Source: an uncultured bacterium (GTDB lineage Bacteria; Actinomycetota; Acidimicrobiia; Spongiisociales; UBA5794). Taken from it: a DNA stretch of 64,000 nucleotides. Below the pieces are notes generated by a model. That model ran no database searches and had not been told where the DNA came from. It saw only the letters and a program-made list of their open reading frames with translations. How positions within the stretch are numbered: position 1 is the first letter of the stretch; the number at the start of each line of letters is the position of its first letter. A program made the position numbers and the translations under genes. The DNA lies in the NCBI GenBank assembly GCA_963801165.1, contig CAWDDT010000006.1, positions 480,001 to 544,000 on the forward strand. The letters run 5' to 3'. This document shows, one piece after another, positions 1 through 9,480 of the stretch.

Positions 1-1291
1 AATACTTGATCATGTCGCCGCGGTAGCGCTCGTCGAAGTCCATGTCGATGTCGGGCATCTCCTGGCGGCCCGGGTTGAGGAACCGCTCGAAGATCAACCC
101 GTACTCGAGAGGGTCGAGCTTGGTTATGCCGAGGCAGAACGCGACGATCGACCCGGCGGCGCTACCCCGACCCGGCCCGGTGCGGATGCCGTGCTCGGTG
201 GCGTAGCGAATCAGGTCCCACACGATCAGGAAGTACGCGGAGAACCCCATCTCGTCGATCACCCGGAGCTCGTACTCAATGCGCTCCAGGGCTTCGCGAG
301 GCAGCGGATCGCCGTAGCGCCGTTTTGCTCCGCCCAGCACCAACTCGGTCACATAGCTGTGCTCGGTGTGACGCTCCGGCACCGGGAATTGCGGCAACAG
401 CATCCTGCCGAATTCGAGCTCATGGTCGACCCGCTCGGCAATCCGAACCGTGTTCGAGCATGCGTCGGGGAAGGCGTCGTCCGGGAAGAGCGCGTGCATC
501 TCGGCGGCGCTCTTGATGTAGAACTCGCTGCCGTGGAACTTGAACCGGTCCTCGTCAGACTGGTTGGCCCCCGTCTGGATACAGAGCAGGACGTCGTGCG
601 TGTCGGCCTCGTGAGCGTACGTGTAGTGGCTATCGTTGGACGCGACCAATGGGGCACCGATGTCTCCGGCGATCCGGACGAGATCACCGAGCACCTTCTT
701 CTGAGCAGGAATGCCGTGGTCCTGGATCTCGATGAACCAGTTGTCCTTGCCGAAGATGTCCTGGTACATGCCGGCGGCGGCAACCGCGGCGTCGTAATCA
801 CGGACCTGCCCGACGTTGCCCTCCTCGCTGGAGACATCGGGTGCCAACATCTGCGCCACGTGACCACCAAGACACCCGGACAGGGCCACGATGCCCTCAT
901 GGTGCTCGACGAGCAGTTCCAGATCCATCCGCGGCTTGTAGTAGAAGCCTTCGAGGTACGCCCGCGACGCCAGTTTCATCAGGTTGCCGTACCCGATGTC
1001 GTTGCTCGCCAGCAATGTCATGTGATAGCGAATGTCGTCACGCCGGGGCGGACGATCGAATCGGGAGCCGGGGGTCACATACGCCTCGATCCCTATGATC
1101 GGCTTCACCCCCGCGGCACGTGCCGCCTTGGTGAAATCGACCGCGCCATACAGCACACCGTGATCTGTGATGGCCACGGCCGGCTGGTTGTCGGCGGCAA
1201 CCGCGACCACCAGATCGTCGACCCGTGCCGCGCCATCGAGCATGGAGAACTCGGTGTGGACGTGCAGGTGGGCAAACTGATCGGTGGGCAA
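1..1291 (-). CDS. dnaE: DNA polymerase III alpha subunit, N-terminal part (runs off the window edge)
   Basis: Manual minus-strand translation gives the PHP motifs [13 protein letters not shown] and AITDHG, plus [10 protein letters not shown] and [22 protein letters not shown] start preceded by GGAG. Confidence 0.95.
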   Translation of the reverse strand, partial: MPTDQFAHLHVHTEFSMLDGAARVDDLVVAVAADNQPAVAITDHGVLYGAVDFTKAARAAGVKPIIGIEAYVTPGSRFDRPPRRDDIRYHMTLLASNDIGYGNLMKLASRAYLEGFYYKPRMDLELLVEHHEGIVALSGCLGGHVAQMLAPDVSSEEGNVGQVRDYDAAVAAAGMYQDIFGKDNWFIEIQDHGIPAQKKVLGDLVRIAGDIGAPLVASNDSHYTYAHEADTHDVLLCIQTGANQSDEDRFKFHGSEFYIKSAAEMHALFPDDAFPDACSNTVRIAERVDHELEFGRMLLPQFPVPERHTEHSYVTELVLGGAKRRYGDPLPREALERIEYELRVIDEMGFSAYFLIVWDLIRYATEHGIRTGPGRGSAAGSIVAFCLGITKLDPLEYGLIFERFLNPGRQEMPDIDMDFDERYRGDMIKY

Positions 1292-1476
1292 GGGGTCTCC
1301 CGTTTCAGAACTACACCCATGTAAGCACGGTTGCGGGCGTCTCGCTACACCGCGAAAAGCCTCCCCGAGACCACGATTCGAACACCCGAACGAGCGGCCG
1401 CGCTTTGTTTCTGCACCATCCTCTCCCGCTACTATCTCCATACTCAGCGGCCTGCTCGATAATCGGAGGCAACAAC

Positions 1477-2625
1477 ATGCGTATCGGCATTCTCACCGGC
1501 GGTGGCGACGTACCGGGTCTCAACCCGTGCATCAAGGCCGTGGTCAACCGGGTCAGCGAGGCAGGTCACTCCGTCGTCGGTATCCGGCGCGGGTGGGGCG
1601 GTCTCCTCAACGCCAACCCGGAGGATCCGGAGAGCTGGAACGAGCACATGCTGGAGCTGACACCGCAGACCGTACGCACAGTCGACCGCTCCGGAGGCAC
1701 CTTCCTGCATACCTCGCGGACAAACCCGGGCCGGGTCAGGGTGGCCGACGTGCCCGATTTTCTCTCCGACCGCGCCGAGGGGGACGGGCCGTTCGACTTC
1801 ACCGACCACGCTCTCAAGGTCGTCGACAAGCTCGGCATCGACGTGCTCATCCCGATCGGCGGCGACGATACCCTCTCCTACGGGCTCAGGCTCCACCAGG
1901 AAGGGGTGCCGGTGATCGGCATCCCCAAGACGATGGACAACGATGTGCATGGGACCGACTACTGCATCGGGTTCTCGACGGCGGTGAGCCGGGGCGTTCA
2001 GTTCATCCACAATCTGCGCACCGCGACCGGCTCGCACGAGCGCATCGCCGTAGTCGAGCTGTTCGGCCGCTACAGCGGTGAGACCGCACTGATGACCGCA
2101 TACCTCGCGGGTGTCAAGCGAGCCCTCATCTCAGAGGTTCCCTTCAACATCGACCATCTCGCCGACCTCCTGATCGCCGACAAGGCCTCCAATCCCTCCA
2201 ACTACGCGATGGTCACCATCTCCGAAGGCGCCACGATCGAAGGTGGCGACATGGTGCTGTCCGGCAAGGAGGACGCATTCGGCCACCGCAAGCTCGGCGG
2301 CATAGGAGCTCACACCGGTGAGCTCCTCAAGGAACGCACCGGTGAGGGCATCATCTTCCAGCAGGTCGCCTACCTGATGCGCTCGGGAGCCCCCGACTCG
2401 TTGGACCTCATGGTCGCCCTCAACTATGCGGTGATGGCGGCGGACCTAGCCATGGAGGGCGCCAGCGGGCGCATGGTGGCGCTGCGAGGCGGCACCTACA
2501 CCAGCGTCCCGATCAGCGTCACCGGTGAAGGGGTCAAGCGGGTCGACGTATCCGAGCTATACGACATCGAGGGCTACCGGCCGAAGGTACGTCACGTCAC
2601 CGGCAAGCCGATGTTCCTCTATTAG
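1477..2625 (+). CDS. pfkA: 6-phosphofructokinase, PPi-type signature
   Basis: [30 protein letters not shown] motifs; GGAGG RBS before ATG 1477. Confidence 0.9.
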   Translation: MRIGILTGGGDVPGLNPCIKAVVNRVSEAGHSVVGIRRGWGGLLNANPEDPESWNEHMLELTPQTVRTVDRSGGTFLHTSRTNPGRVRVADVPDFLSDRAEGDGPFDFTDHALKVVDKLGIDVLIPIGGDDTLSYGLRLHQEGVPVIGIPKTMDNDVHGTDYCIGFSTAVSRGVQFIHNLRTATGSHERIAVVELFGRYSGETALMTAYLAGVKRALISEVPFNIDHLADLLIADKASNPSNYAMVTISEGATIEGGDMVLSGKEDAFGHRKLGGIGAHTGELLKERTGEGIIFQQVAYLMRSGAPDSLDLMVALNYAVMAADLAMEGASGRMVALRGGTYTSVPISVTGEGVKRVDVSELYDIEGYRPKVRHVTGKPMFLY

Positions 2626-2655
2626 GGATGTTCCTCTATTAGGGATGTTCCTCTA
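2610..2655. repeat. 17-bp tandem repeat (GATGTTCCTCTATTAGG x2.7) duplicating the pfkA 3' end and stop codon
   Basis: Copies read directly at 2610, 2627 and a partial copy at 2644. Confidence 0.95.
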
Positions 2656-2681
2656 GTACGAGGGTGCGGCGCCGTTCGTTC

Positions 2682-3131
2682 TCAGGGCACCAACAACACC
2701 GGGCATTGTGCGTCGTGCACGATGCGGTTGGCCACCGACCCGAGCATGATTCTCTCGATCAGCCCGGCTCCCCGCCTTCCGATCACCATGACGTCGGCGT
2801 CGACCTGCTCGGCGTAGTCGAGCAGCATGCGCGCCGGGTCGCCCACGTCCTCGACCTGAACAACTTCCATCCCTTCCAGGTCCAGACTGCCGACCACCGA
2901 GTCGAGTATCTCACGCTGCGCCTCGCTGAGTGATTTACTCAGCGCCGACGGGGTAGGCGGCGACCCGACGATCCCCCACCATCCTTCGGGCGGGCGGACG
3001 ATGGTGACGAAGTGCAACACCGCGCCGTTCTTTCTTGCAAGATCGGCGCTCACCCTCGCGGCGTGGCGCGACTGATCAGAGCCGTCGATGCCCACGACAA
3101 CGTTCTGCACATCCCAATCAGGCACATCCAT
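2682..3131 (-). CDS. Universal stress protein (USP domain)
   Basis: VVVGIDGS and GRRGAG...LGSVANRIVHDAQCPVLLVP motifs. Confidence 0.93.
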   Translation of the reverse strand: MDVPDWDVQNVVVGIDGSDQSRHAARVSADLARKNGAVLHFVTIVRPPEGWWGIVGSPPTPSALSKSLSEAQREILDSVVGSLDLEGMEVVQVEDVGDPARMLLDYAEQVDADVMVIGRRGAGLIERIMLGSVANRIVHDAQCPVLLVP

Positions 3132-3255
3132 GACGTCTCCCTTTGCGGACACTCACAACCTACCGCCGGTGCGTCGATGCGGATAGGGTCATTGCTCCTC
3201 AAAACCGGCTGCGGACGGAAGCACTAACTTGGCATCGTTCGACCAGGAGATGCTC

Positions 3256-4284
3256 ATGCCGGTAATCGGAGTCCTCACCGCCGGAGGCGACTGCCCCGGT
3301 CTCAACGCCGTCATCCGCGGCGTCACCGTCCGTGCCATCAAGAGTCACGACGCCGAGGTCGTCGGGATTCGGAATGGCTGGGAAGGTCTCATGGAGGGCG
3401 ACACGATCGCCCTCGACCGGGATGCGGTGCGCGGCATCCTCGTTCGGGGCGGCACCATCCTCGGCTCGTCGCGCATGGACCCGTTCGTCCACGGCGACGG
3501 CTACGCCAGCTGCGTCGACACCATCGAGCAGAATGGCATAGACAGCCTGGTCGTCATCGGTGGTGACGGAACGTTGCGCTCGGCGCTGCGGCTCTCCAAG
3601 GAGGGGTTGGCGGTGATCGGGGTTCCCAAGACCATCGACAACGACATCAACGGGACCGACGTCACGTTCGGTTTCGACACGGCGGTGCAAGTGGCTACGG
3701 ATGCGATTGATCGGCTGGTGAGCACCGCCGAGTCGCATAACCGAGTCATCGTGGTCGAAGTGATGGGACGCACCAAGGGATGGATCGCCACCTACGCCGG
3801 GATTGCCGGTGGCGCCGACGCCATCCTCATTCCTGAGCTCCCGTACGAACTCGCGGAGGTAGCCGAGATCATTCGCCGCCGCCACCGACACGGGCAGCGG
3901 TACACGATCGTCGTTGTCGCCGAGGGTATTCCAACACCGCCCGGATCAGCCGCGGAGGAGGTCCGCAAGGACGCCTTCGGGTTCGAACGGCTCGGAGGGG
4001 TGAGCTACCAGGTGGCACGCGAGCTCGAGGAGCTGACCGGCTTCGAGACCCGGGTGTCGGTTCTCGGCTACATCCAGCGAGGTGGCACGCCCTCTGCCTT
4101 CGACCGGGTCCTGGCAACCCGGTTCGGTGTCGCGGCCGCCGATCTCGCGGTCGCAGGCAACACCGGTGTGATGGTGGCTGCGAGGGGCTTGGAGATCGTG
4201 GCCGTGCCGATCGAGGAGGCCTGCGCAAAGATCCGGGGGGTCCCCGACGACCTGTTCGACACCGCGGCGACCTTCTTCGAGTAA
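3256..4284 (+). CDS. pfkA: 6-phosphofructokinase, ATP-type signature
   Basis: TAGGDCPGLN, GGDGT, PKTIDND, EVMGR, LGYIQRGG motifs; AGGAG RBS. Confidence 0.92.
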   Translation: MPVIGVLTAGGDCPGLNAVIRGVTVRAIKSHDAEVVGIRNGWEGLMEGDTIALDRDAVRGILVRGGTILGSSRMDPFVHGDGYASCVDTIEQNGIDSLVVIGGDGTLRSALRLSKEGLAVIGVPKTIDNDINGTDVTFGFDTAVQVATDAIDRLVSTAESHNRVIVVEVMGRTKGWIATYAGIAGGADAILIPELPYELAEVAEIIRRRHRHGQRYTIVVVAEGIPTPPGSAAEEVRKDAFGFERLGGVSYQVARELEELTGFETRVSVLGYIQRGGTPSAFDRVLATRFGVAAADLAVAGNTGVMVAARGLEIVAVPIEEACAKIRGVPDDLFDTAATFFE

Positions 4285-4370
4285 CGCTACCTTCGAGTAA
4301 CGCTACCTTCGAGTAACGCTACCTTCGAGTAACGCTACCTTCGAGTAACGCTACTTTCGAGTAGTTCTAC
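4275..4370. repeat. 16-bp tandem repeat (CTTCGAGTAACGCTAC x5 plus 1 degenerate copy) filling the convergent pfkA / WS-DGAT junction
   Basis: Perfect copies at 4275, 4291, 4307, 4323, 4339; degenerate copy at 4355. Confidence 0.97.
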
Positions 4371-5854
4371 GCCTCGCCGCTCTTGTTGCTTGACCCCAGC
4401 GGCGGCCGCTTTCTCGGTTTCCCCTTCGGTGGTGGCGCCGCTGCGGTGAGTGCCGCGGCGTGGAGCTCATGGAACGCGGCGTCGATCGATGCGGCGAAGG
4501 CATCGACGTTCGGAACGATGTCGAAATCGGCGTTGAATCCCCAATACAGCTGCCCCGCATAGGAAAAGAGCGCAACACCGACCCCGTGCCCGTACCAGAG
4601 CGGGACCAGGGCGTACGACTCCAACATGCGCGAGCCGAGGAGGTAGAGCGGGAATTGAGGACCGGGTACGTTCGTCACGGTCATGTTGAACGGCCTCGCT
4701 CCGGTCACCAGCCGGCTCGCCATCGACACGAGCGTCGCCGGGGCGCCCGCCGAAAGACGCACCAGGGTCGCCGCCCCGAGAGCCTGGTTCGTGTCCTTGA
4801 GGCGCTGGGTGGCTATCGTCACGGCTTCGAGCCGGCGGAGCGGGTCCGGTTCGTTCACAGGGAGGTTCACCAGCCACATGGCGACCTGATTCCCGAGCGT
4901 GCCCTGCTGGTCGTGGCTGCGCACCGAAACCGGCGCCATCGCACGGAAGTCGAGGTTGTCGAACTCGTAACCACACTCCTCGATCAGGAATCTGCGCACG
5001 CCACCGGCTACGGTCGCCAGCACCACGTCGTTGACACTTCCACCGGCGTTCGTTTTGATCTCTTTGACCATGGCGAGCGGTGTCACCAGAGTGCCGAACA
5101 ACCGGTTCGGTCCCACCTCCCCGTTGAGAGGGGTATCCGACGCTTTGGTCATCCACCCGGACGCCAGCGAGTAGCCGGCAGCTCGAACCCGGTGTAGACC
5201 GTCATTGGCAATCTCGGCGGCGTCGTCGGCGAACTGGCGGAGCGACCGTGCTGCCTTGAGCGCCCGCCCGGCGCGGCGCGCCGTCTCCCGAATCAGCAAC
5301 TCGCTGCCCGACGGCGCCGGCCGCGCCAGAAACGGCCTTGGCTCACTGATGTCTTCGCTGGGGGCGAGGTTGAGCAGCACCGCCATCAGATCCACGCCGG
5401 CGATGCCGTCGATCATGCAGTGGTGGATCTTCGAAACCAGAGCGAATCGATCGCCATCGAGACCTTCTACGACGTTGAGCTCCCAAAGCGGTTTGGACCG
5501 ATCTAATTGCTGTGAGACGATGAGCCCGACCAGGTCCTTCAGCTGCCTGGTCGATCCCGGCCGGGGGAGGCTGTAGTGGCGAACGTGGTACTCGATGTTG
5601 AAATGCTCGTCGTCGACCCACACGGGATGCTTCTCGACGGGCACCCGGGCGAGCCGCTGTCGATAACGCGGGATCAGCTCAAGCTTCGATGCGATCATCT
5701 TGCGGATCCGGTCGGTGTCGATGCCCCCGTCGCTCGTCCGGAGCGGCCCTGCGTCGAACAGGGCGATGCTGCCGACGTGCATATGCGTCGACCGCGACTC
5801 GAGAGCGAGAAACGAGTTGTCGAGATATGACAAACGCTCGTAGTAGCCGGGCAT
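4367..5854 (-). CDS. Wax ester synthase / diacylglycerol acyltransferase (WS/DGAT)
   Basis: HHCMIDG catalytic motif, PLWE, TNVPGP; start taken at MPGYYERLS. Confidence 0.93.
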   Translation of the reverse strand: MPGYYERLSYLDNSFLALESRSTHMHVGSIALFDAGPLRTSDGGIDTDRIRKMIASKLELIPRYRQRLARVPVEKHPVWVDDEHFNIEYHVRHYSLPRPGSTRQLKDLVGLIVSQQLDRSKPLWELNVVEGLDGDRFALVSKIHHCMIDGIAGVDLMAVLLNLAPSEDISEPRPFLARPAPSGSELLIRETARRAGRALKAARSLRQFADDAAEIANDGLHRVRAAGYSLASGWMTKASDTPLNGEVGPNRLFGTLVTPLAMVKEIKTNAGGSVNDVVLATVAGGVRRFLIEECGYEFDNLDFRAMAPVSVRSHDQQGTLGNQVAMWLVNLPVNEPDPLRRLEAVTIATQRLKDTNQALGAATLVRLSAGAPATLVSMASRLVTGARPFNMTVTNVPGPQFPLYLLGSRMLESYALVPLWYGHGVGVALFSYAGQLYWGFNADFDIVPNVDAFAASIDAAFHELHAAALTAAAPPPKGKPRKRPPLGSSNKSGEA

Positions 5855-5926
5855 CGCAAACCCCCAGGTGGAACCGATCTGCGACAGACTAACCAACCCG
5901 TGCTCCACGAGGTGGAGCGAGACACC

Positions 5927-6850
5927 TCAGCGGGCGTCGTAATCGGGTGTCCCCAGTTCGGCCAGCGAGACCAGGAGGTCCTCGGGGAGACCGGACTCGA
6001 TCTCGTGGACGGTGCCGTCGGGCAGCGCAAAGCGCAGTTTCCTGGCATGTAACCACACCCGGCCGGGGTCGCCACGCCGCCTCTCGCCCGAGCCGTACGT
6101 CTGATCCCCGACGAGAACATGCTCGATCGACGAGAAGTGCACCCGGATCTGGTGGGTGCGCCCCGTCTCCAGCTGAACCTCGACGAGCGTGCAATCCGGC
6201 CACGTCGCCAACCGGCGGTAATGGGTCCGGGCGGGACGGCCGTCGTGGACAACGGCCCTCCTGGTTGGTCGAAGCGGGTCACGTCCGATCGGGGCCTCGA
6301 TCGTCCCGGTCGCCGCCGCGAGTTGTCCCGACACGAGCGCTGTGTAGATCCTGCCGATCTTGCGCTTCTTGAGCTCCTCCTGGAGAAACCGGTGTATCGC
6401 CGCGCTGCGAGCCACCAGGAGCAGACCCGACGTGTCGCGATCCAATCGGTGCACCAGACCCCAGCGGTACTCACTCCCGAGTGCTGCCAGCTCCGGGTAC
6501 CGGTACGCCAGGCCGTGCGCCAGAGTGCCTTCCTGGTTACCGGACCCGGGATGCACCACCAGCCCGGCCGGCTTGTCGATTACGAGCACGTCCGCCAACT
6601 CGGCGGCCACGGTGAAAGGCACGGGCTCCGGCACGAACATCGGCAACGTCTCCGGGATCGGATACTCGATCTCCTCGCCCGCGTGTGGCACGGTGGCCCG
6701 GTCGGCGGGCGCTCCTGCAACCAATACCCCACCCGACTCGATCGCCTGCCGCGATGCAGCCCGGCTGATGCCTGCGAGCACGGCAAGCGTGCGATCCAGC
6801 CTGACCCCGTCCAGCTCGTCGGTGACAACCACCACGACCCGCTCAGTCAT
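5927..6850 (-). CDS. rluD: RluA/RluD-family pseudouridine synthase
   Basis: S4-like N-terminus, KPAGLVVHP, VHRLDRDTSG, TGRTHQIRVH. Confidence 0.9.
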   Translation of the reverse strand: MTERVVVVVTDELDGVRLDRTLAVLAGISRAASRQAIESGGVLVAGAPADRATVPHAGEEIEYPIPETLPMFVPEPVPFTVAAELADVLVIDKPAGLVVHPGSGNQEGTLAHGLAYRYPELAALGSEYRWGLVHRLDRDTSGLLLVARSAAIHRFLQEELKKRKIGRIYTALVSGQLAAATGTIEAPIGRDPLRPTRRAVVHDGRPARTHYRRLATWPDCTLVEVQLETGRTHQIRVHFSSIEHVLVGDQTYGSGERRRGDPGRVWLHARKLRFALPDGTVHEIESGLPEDLLVSLAELGTPDYDAR

Positions 6851-7337
6851 GGGTGATGCCGACCACGACCATCGTCAGCAGCAGCAACGCGACACCGATG
6901 TTCAACGAGGCATCAGCGACATTGAAGGTCGGTATGAACCACCAGTCGATCCAATCAACGACGGCCCCGTCCAGAAAGCCCGCACCGCGAAAGACGCGGT
7001 CGGACAGATTGCCCAATGCCCCGCCGAGGATGAGCCCGAGGGCCAAAACATCGACTTGCCGGCTCGATCGCGACAACACGTAGAGCAGGAAAGCGACGAC
7101 GGCGATACCCACGATCCCGATCAGCCGGCCGGAACCCGTGAAGCTTGTGAAGGCGGCTCCGGGATTCCTCGTGTAAGTCACCCGCAACCAACTCCCGATC
7201 ACGTCGGTATGGCCGCCGGCAAAGTTGTCACGAGCCCAGTTCTTGGTGAGCTGGTCGATGAGAATCACCGCGCCGGCGGTTGAGAGGGCAAGATTGTGCG
7301 CGGTCTTCTTCGACAGATGCTTGGTGATAACGGACAT
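6843..7337 (-). CDS. lspA: Lipoprotein signal peptidase II
   Basis: DQLTK, NPGAAF, GALGNLSDR, VVDWI, FNVAD motifs. Confidence 0.95.
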   Translation of the reverse strand: MSVITKHLSKKTAHNLALSTAGAVILIDQLTKNWARDNFAGGHTDVIGSWLRVTYTRNPGAAFTSFTGSGRLIGIVGIAVVAFLLYVLSRSSRQVDVLALGLILGGALGNLSDRVFRGAGFLDGAVVDWIDWWFIPTFNVADASLNIGVALLLLTMVVVGITHD

Positions 7338-7352
7338 GGCCGACCCGGCAGG

Positions 7353-7724
7353 CTAAGCCTGGTCGGCATACTCCACACGGGTAGTGGCGTACGGAAGAGC
7401 TTCGAGACGCTCAACCGGGATCGCTTTGCCGCTCACCGCACAGGTGCCGTAGGTACCATCGTCCATGCGAGCCTTGGCGGCCTGGACCTTGACGAGGATC
7501 TCTCGAGCGTTCTCGAGAACCGAGAGATCCATCTCCAGCTCGAGGGCGAGCGAGCCACCATCGGCGCTGAGCAGATCGGCGCTGTGCTCGGAGCTCGTAG
7601 AGCCCATATTCGCCTCGCTGAAGACTTTGTCGAACTCCTCGACGATCTCTACCAGGCGCGCCTCCTCCTCGTCGAGCTTGCGGCGCAGCCGCTCCACCGT
7701 CGACTTGGCTAGATCTCGCGTCAA
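7353..7724 (-). CDS. TraR/DksA-family protein
   Basis: Coiled-coil N-terminus and GTYGTC...IPVERLEALPYA; usual position upstream of lspA. Confidence 0.85.
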   Translation of the reverse strand: MTRDLAKSTVERLRRKLDEEEARLVEIVEEFDKVFSEANMGSTSSEHSADLLSADGGSLALELEMDLSVLENAREILVKVQAAKARMDDGTYGTCAVSGKAIPVERLEALPYATTRVEYADQA

Positions 7725-7774
7725 AAGGACCTCCTTTGAGTGCCGGGACGATACCAGGAACTACGGCCTTGTCG

Positions 7775-8071
7775 TCAACTCCCCACTTTCTCGACACGAC
7801 GCTCGAGATCTTCAGCGCTGATCCCCACCGCAACGAGCCTCTTGCGACGTGACGACGCCCCGCTCGAGAGCCGGAGGCGGCAGCCGAGCTCCTGTTCCAA
7901 CAGGGCAATCACGGCCCGGTTTGCTTGCCCTTTTTCCGCGACTGCAGTGACCCGCACCCGGAGCGCGTCGCCGTGATATCCGACGATCTCGGTCTTCCTG
8001 GCACGCGGCACCACCCAAACGGTCAACAACGATCCGTTTGGGTGGCTGCGCACAACCTGATCGGCGGACAT
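7775..8071 (-). CDS. DUF167 (YggU-like) protein
   Basis: VWVVPRARKT...LRVRVTAVAEKGQAN...GASSRRK pattern. Confidence 0.85.
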   Translation of the reverse strand: MSADQVVRSHPNGSLLTVWVVPRARKTEIVGYHGDALRVRVTAVAEKGQANRAVIALLEQELGCRLRLSSGASSRRKRLVAVGISAEDLERRVEKVGS

Positions 8072-8103
8072 GCCGACAGCGTAGATCCGTTGTGACGACG
8101 GAC

Positions 8104-9087
8104 CTACTCGTGGATGGTCAGGTACACCAGGGTCTGGTTGAGGAGCTGGTAGGCCACCTCACCGAAGGTGATCGGCCCACCGATGTCCCCGGTCTTCTTG
8201 CCTTCGAGCTCCGAGTAGAGGAAGTTCAGTATGCAATTGCACGAGAACGCAGGAGCCGTCGAGCCGACGGGAAGCTGTGAGACGAACTCCGAGACGTAGT
8301 CACCGACCGGCGCCGCCAGCTTGTACTCGACCCCCTCGAACACGGGCGCATACAGAGCAACCGGCTCGTCACCGTCGGGCACGGCCTGGAACGAGACGTT
8401 CACCATGGCGCCGAAGTAGTCGGCGACCAGCGGGAGCCTCGTGTCGTGACCGATCTCGCGCAAGTAGTCGGCGAAGACGCAGGGGACCCCGTCCACGTTG
8501 ACCTTGCCCTGAGCAAACCCTGTGCCATCAAACGTGAGGGTGGCACCGTCGCCCTGGGTGAACAGGTTGACGATGTCCGCCGAAGCCAGGACGCCGTCGG
8601 GCAACTCGGCATGGAGCACTACTGCAACCGAATCTGATCCGGCGTCGCCGCTTCCGGCGAACACCCGGGGCGATACCGAACCGAGGTCGTCGAGATGCAC
8701 ACCGGAGACCCAGCCCACGACCGGGCGGTCGAACAGGTGCGGGAACTCGGGGGCTTCGGCGGCATAGCGGGCGTGGACCTCACTCGTTGCCGGGAGGATC
8801 ACGATGGTGAAGCCGTTCCCGAAACCATCGGCGGCAATGTTGACGAGGTCATCCGGCCCGTACGTCGCCACCTTCACATCGGTCACTTGCTCGGGGAGCT
8901 CGTCGACGTAGATCAGGTCGCGGGTAACGCAGCCACCCTGCGGCGCCATGAAGTACGGGATGGTTCCCGCGATCCAGTCTCCGGCCGGGAGCTGAGACAG
9001 GAGCGCCTCGTCACCGGCGAGCAGCAGCCTGTCTCCGGCACGGATTCTCTCCGCAGTCTCGTTTACGCTGAAAAGTCTTGTTGGCAT
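8104..9087 (-). CDS. DUF6976-type, FIST-like sensory protein
   Basis: LLLAGDE, WIAGTIPYFM, FSCNCILNFLY and GPITFGEVAYQLLNQT resemble this family; the FIST-like fold is inferred. Confidence 0.65.
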   Translation of the reverse strand: MPTRLFSVNETAERIRAGDRLLLAGDEALLSQLPAGDWIAGTIPYFMAPQGGCVTRDLIYVDELPEQVTDVKVATYGPDDLVNIAADGFGNGFTIVILPATSEVHARYAAEAPEFPHLFDRPVVGWVSGVHLDDLGSVSPRVFAGSGDAGSDSVAVVLHAELPDGVLASADIVNLFTQGDGATLTFDGTGFAQGKVNVDGVPCVFADYLREIGHDTRLPLVADYFGAMVNVSFQAVPDGDEPVALYAPVFEGVEYKLAAPVGDYVSEFVSQLPVGSTAPAFSCNCILNFLYSELEGKKTGDIGGPITFGEVAYQLLNQTLVYLTIHE

Positions 9088-9110
9088 GTCTTTCCTTTCG
9101 CGGTGGCGGC

Positions 9111-9332
9111 CTAGCCGAACAGGGCGGAAATGTCCTTGGACATGAGGCGCGTGTTCTTCTGGAAGAACCCGTAGACCTCGTCCACTACGGCGTCGCGTTC
9201 GGATGGCGTCATGCCCCCGCGTCCTTTTAGAGCGACTCTCTGCATCAAGATCTTGAGAGCCAAGAACTCGTAACTATGGGCATCGGGTCGCTCTACAAGT
9301 GTGATCCATCTGGGGTCAGTGCGAGGTGGCAA
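9111..9332 (-). CDS. Small hypothetical protein (73 aa), probably co-transcribed with the DUF6976-type gene
   Basis: Strong RBS (AAGGGAG), TTG start, 23-bp gap to the next gene. Confidence 0.7.
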   Translation of the reverse strand: MPPRTDPRWITLVERPDAHSYEFLALKILMQRVALKGRGGMTPSERDAVVDEVYGFFQKNTRLMSKDISALFG

Positions 9333-9417
9333 AATTCGTCTCCCTTCACCTGCCTGATCGAATACATACTGTCTTTCGGAAGTCGAGCGGGGACAGCCCG
9401 GCTACTCCTTGGACCCA

Positions 9418-9444
9418 AAGTCGGCTGGACGCAGCGTCGGTTAA
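9418..9444 (-). promoter_or_regulatory. Putative sigma28 (FliA/WhiG)-type promoter
   Basis: TTAA-N15-GCCGACTT on the minus strand; consensus is TAAA-N15-GCCGATAA. Confidence 0.5.
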
Positions 9445-9480
9445 GCGTTTCGGGGCCGGGCGGGCGGATGAGGCGCCGGC

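Noticed and set aside
191-1324. 377-aa plus-strand ORF and many other long antisense ORFs (e.g. 14483-16135, 25052-26509, 55224-56747)
   Set aside because: Shadow frames of well-supported genes on the opposite strand, as expected at high GC.
1378-1393. TCGAACACCCGAACGA upstream of dnaE as an SOS box
   Set aside because: The second half is a direct repeat (GAAC), not the GTTC required for the LexA palindrome.
4275-4370. Possible CRISPR array (also considered for 14041, 14358 and 46107)
   Set aside because: Units are contiguous with no unique spacers, too short, and there are no cas genes in the window.
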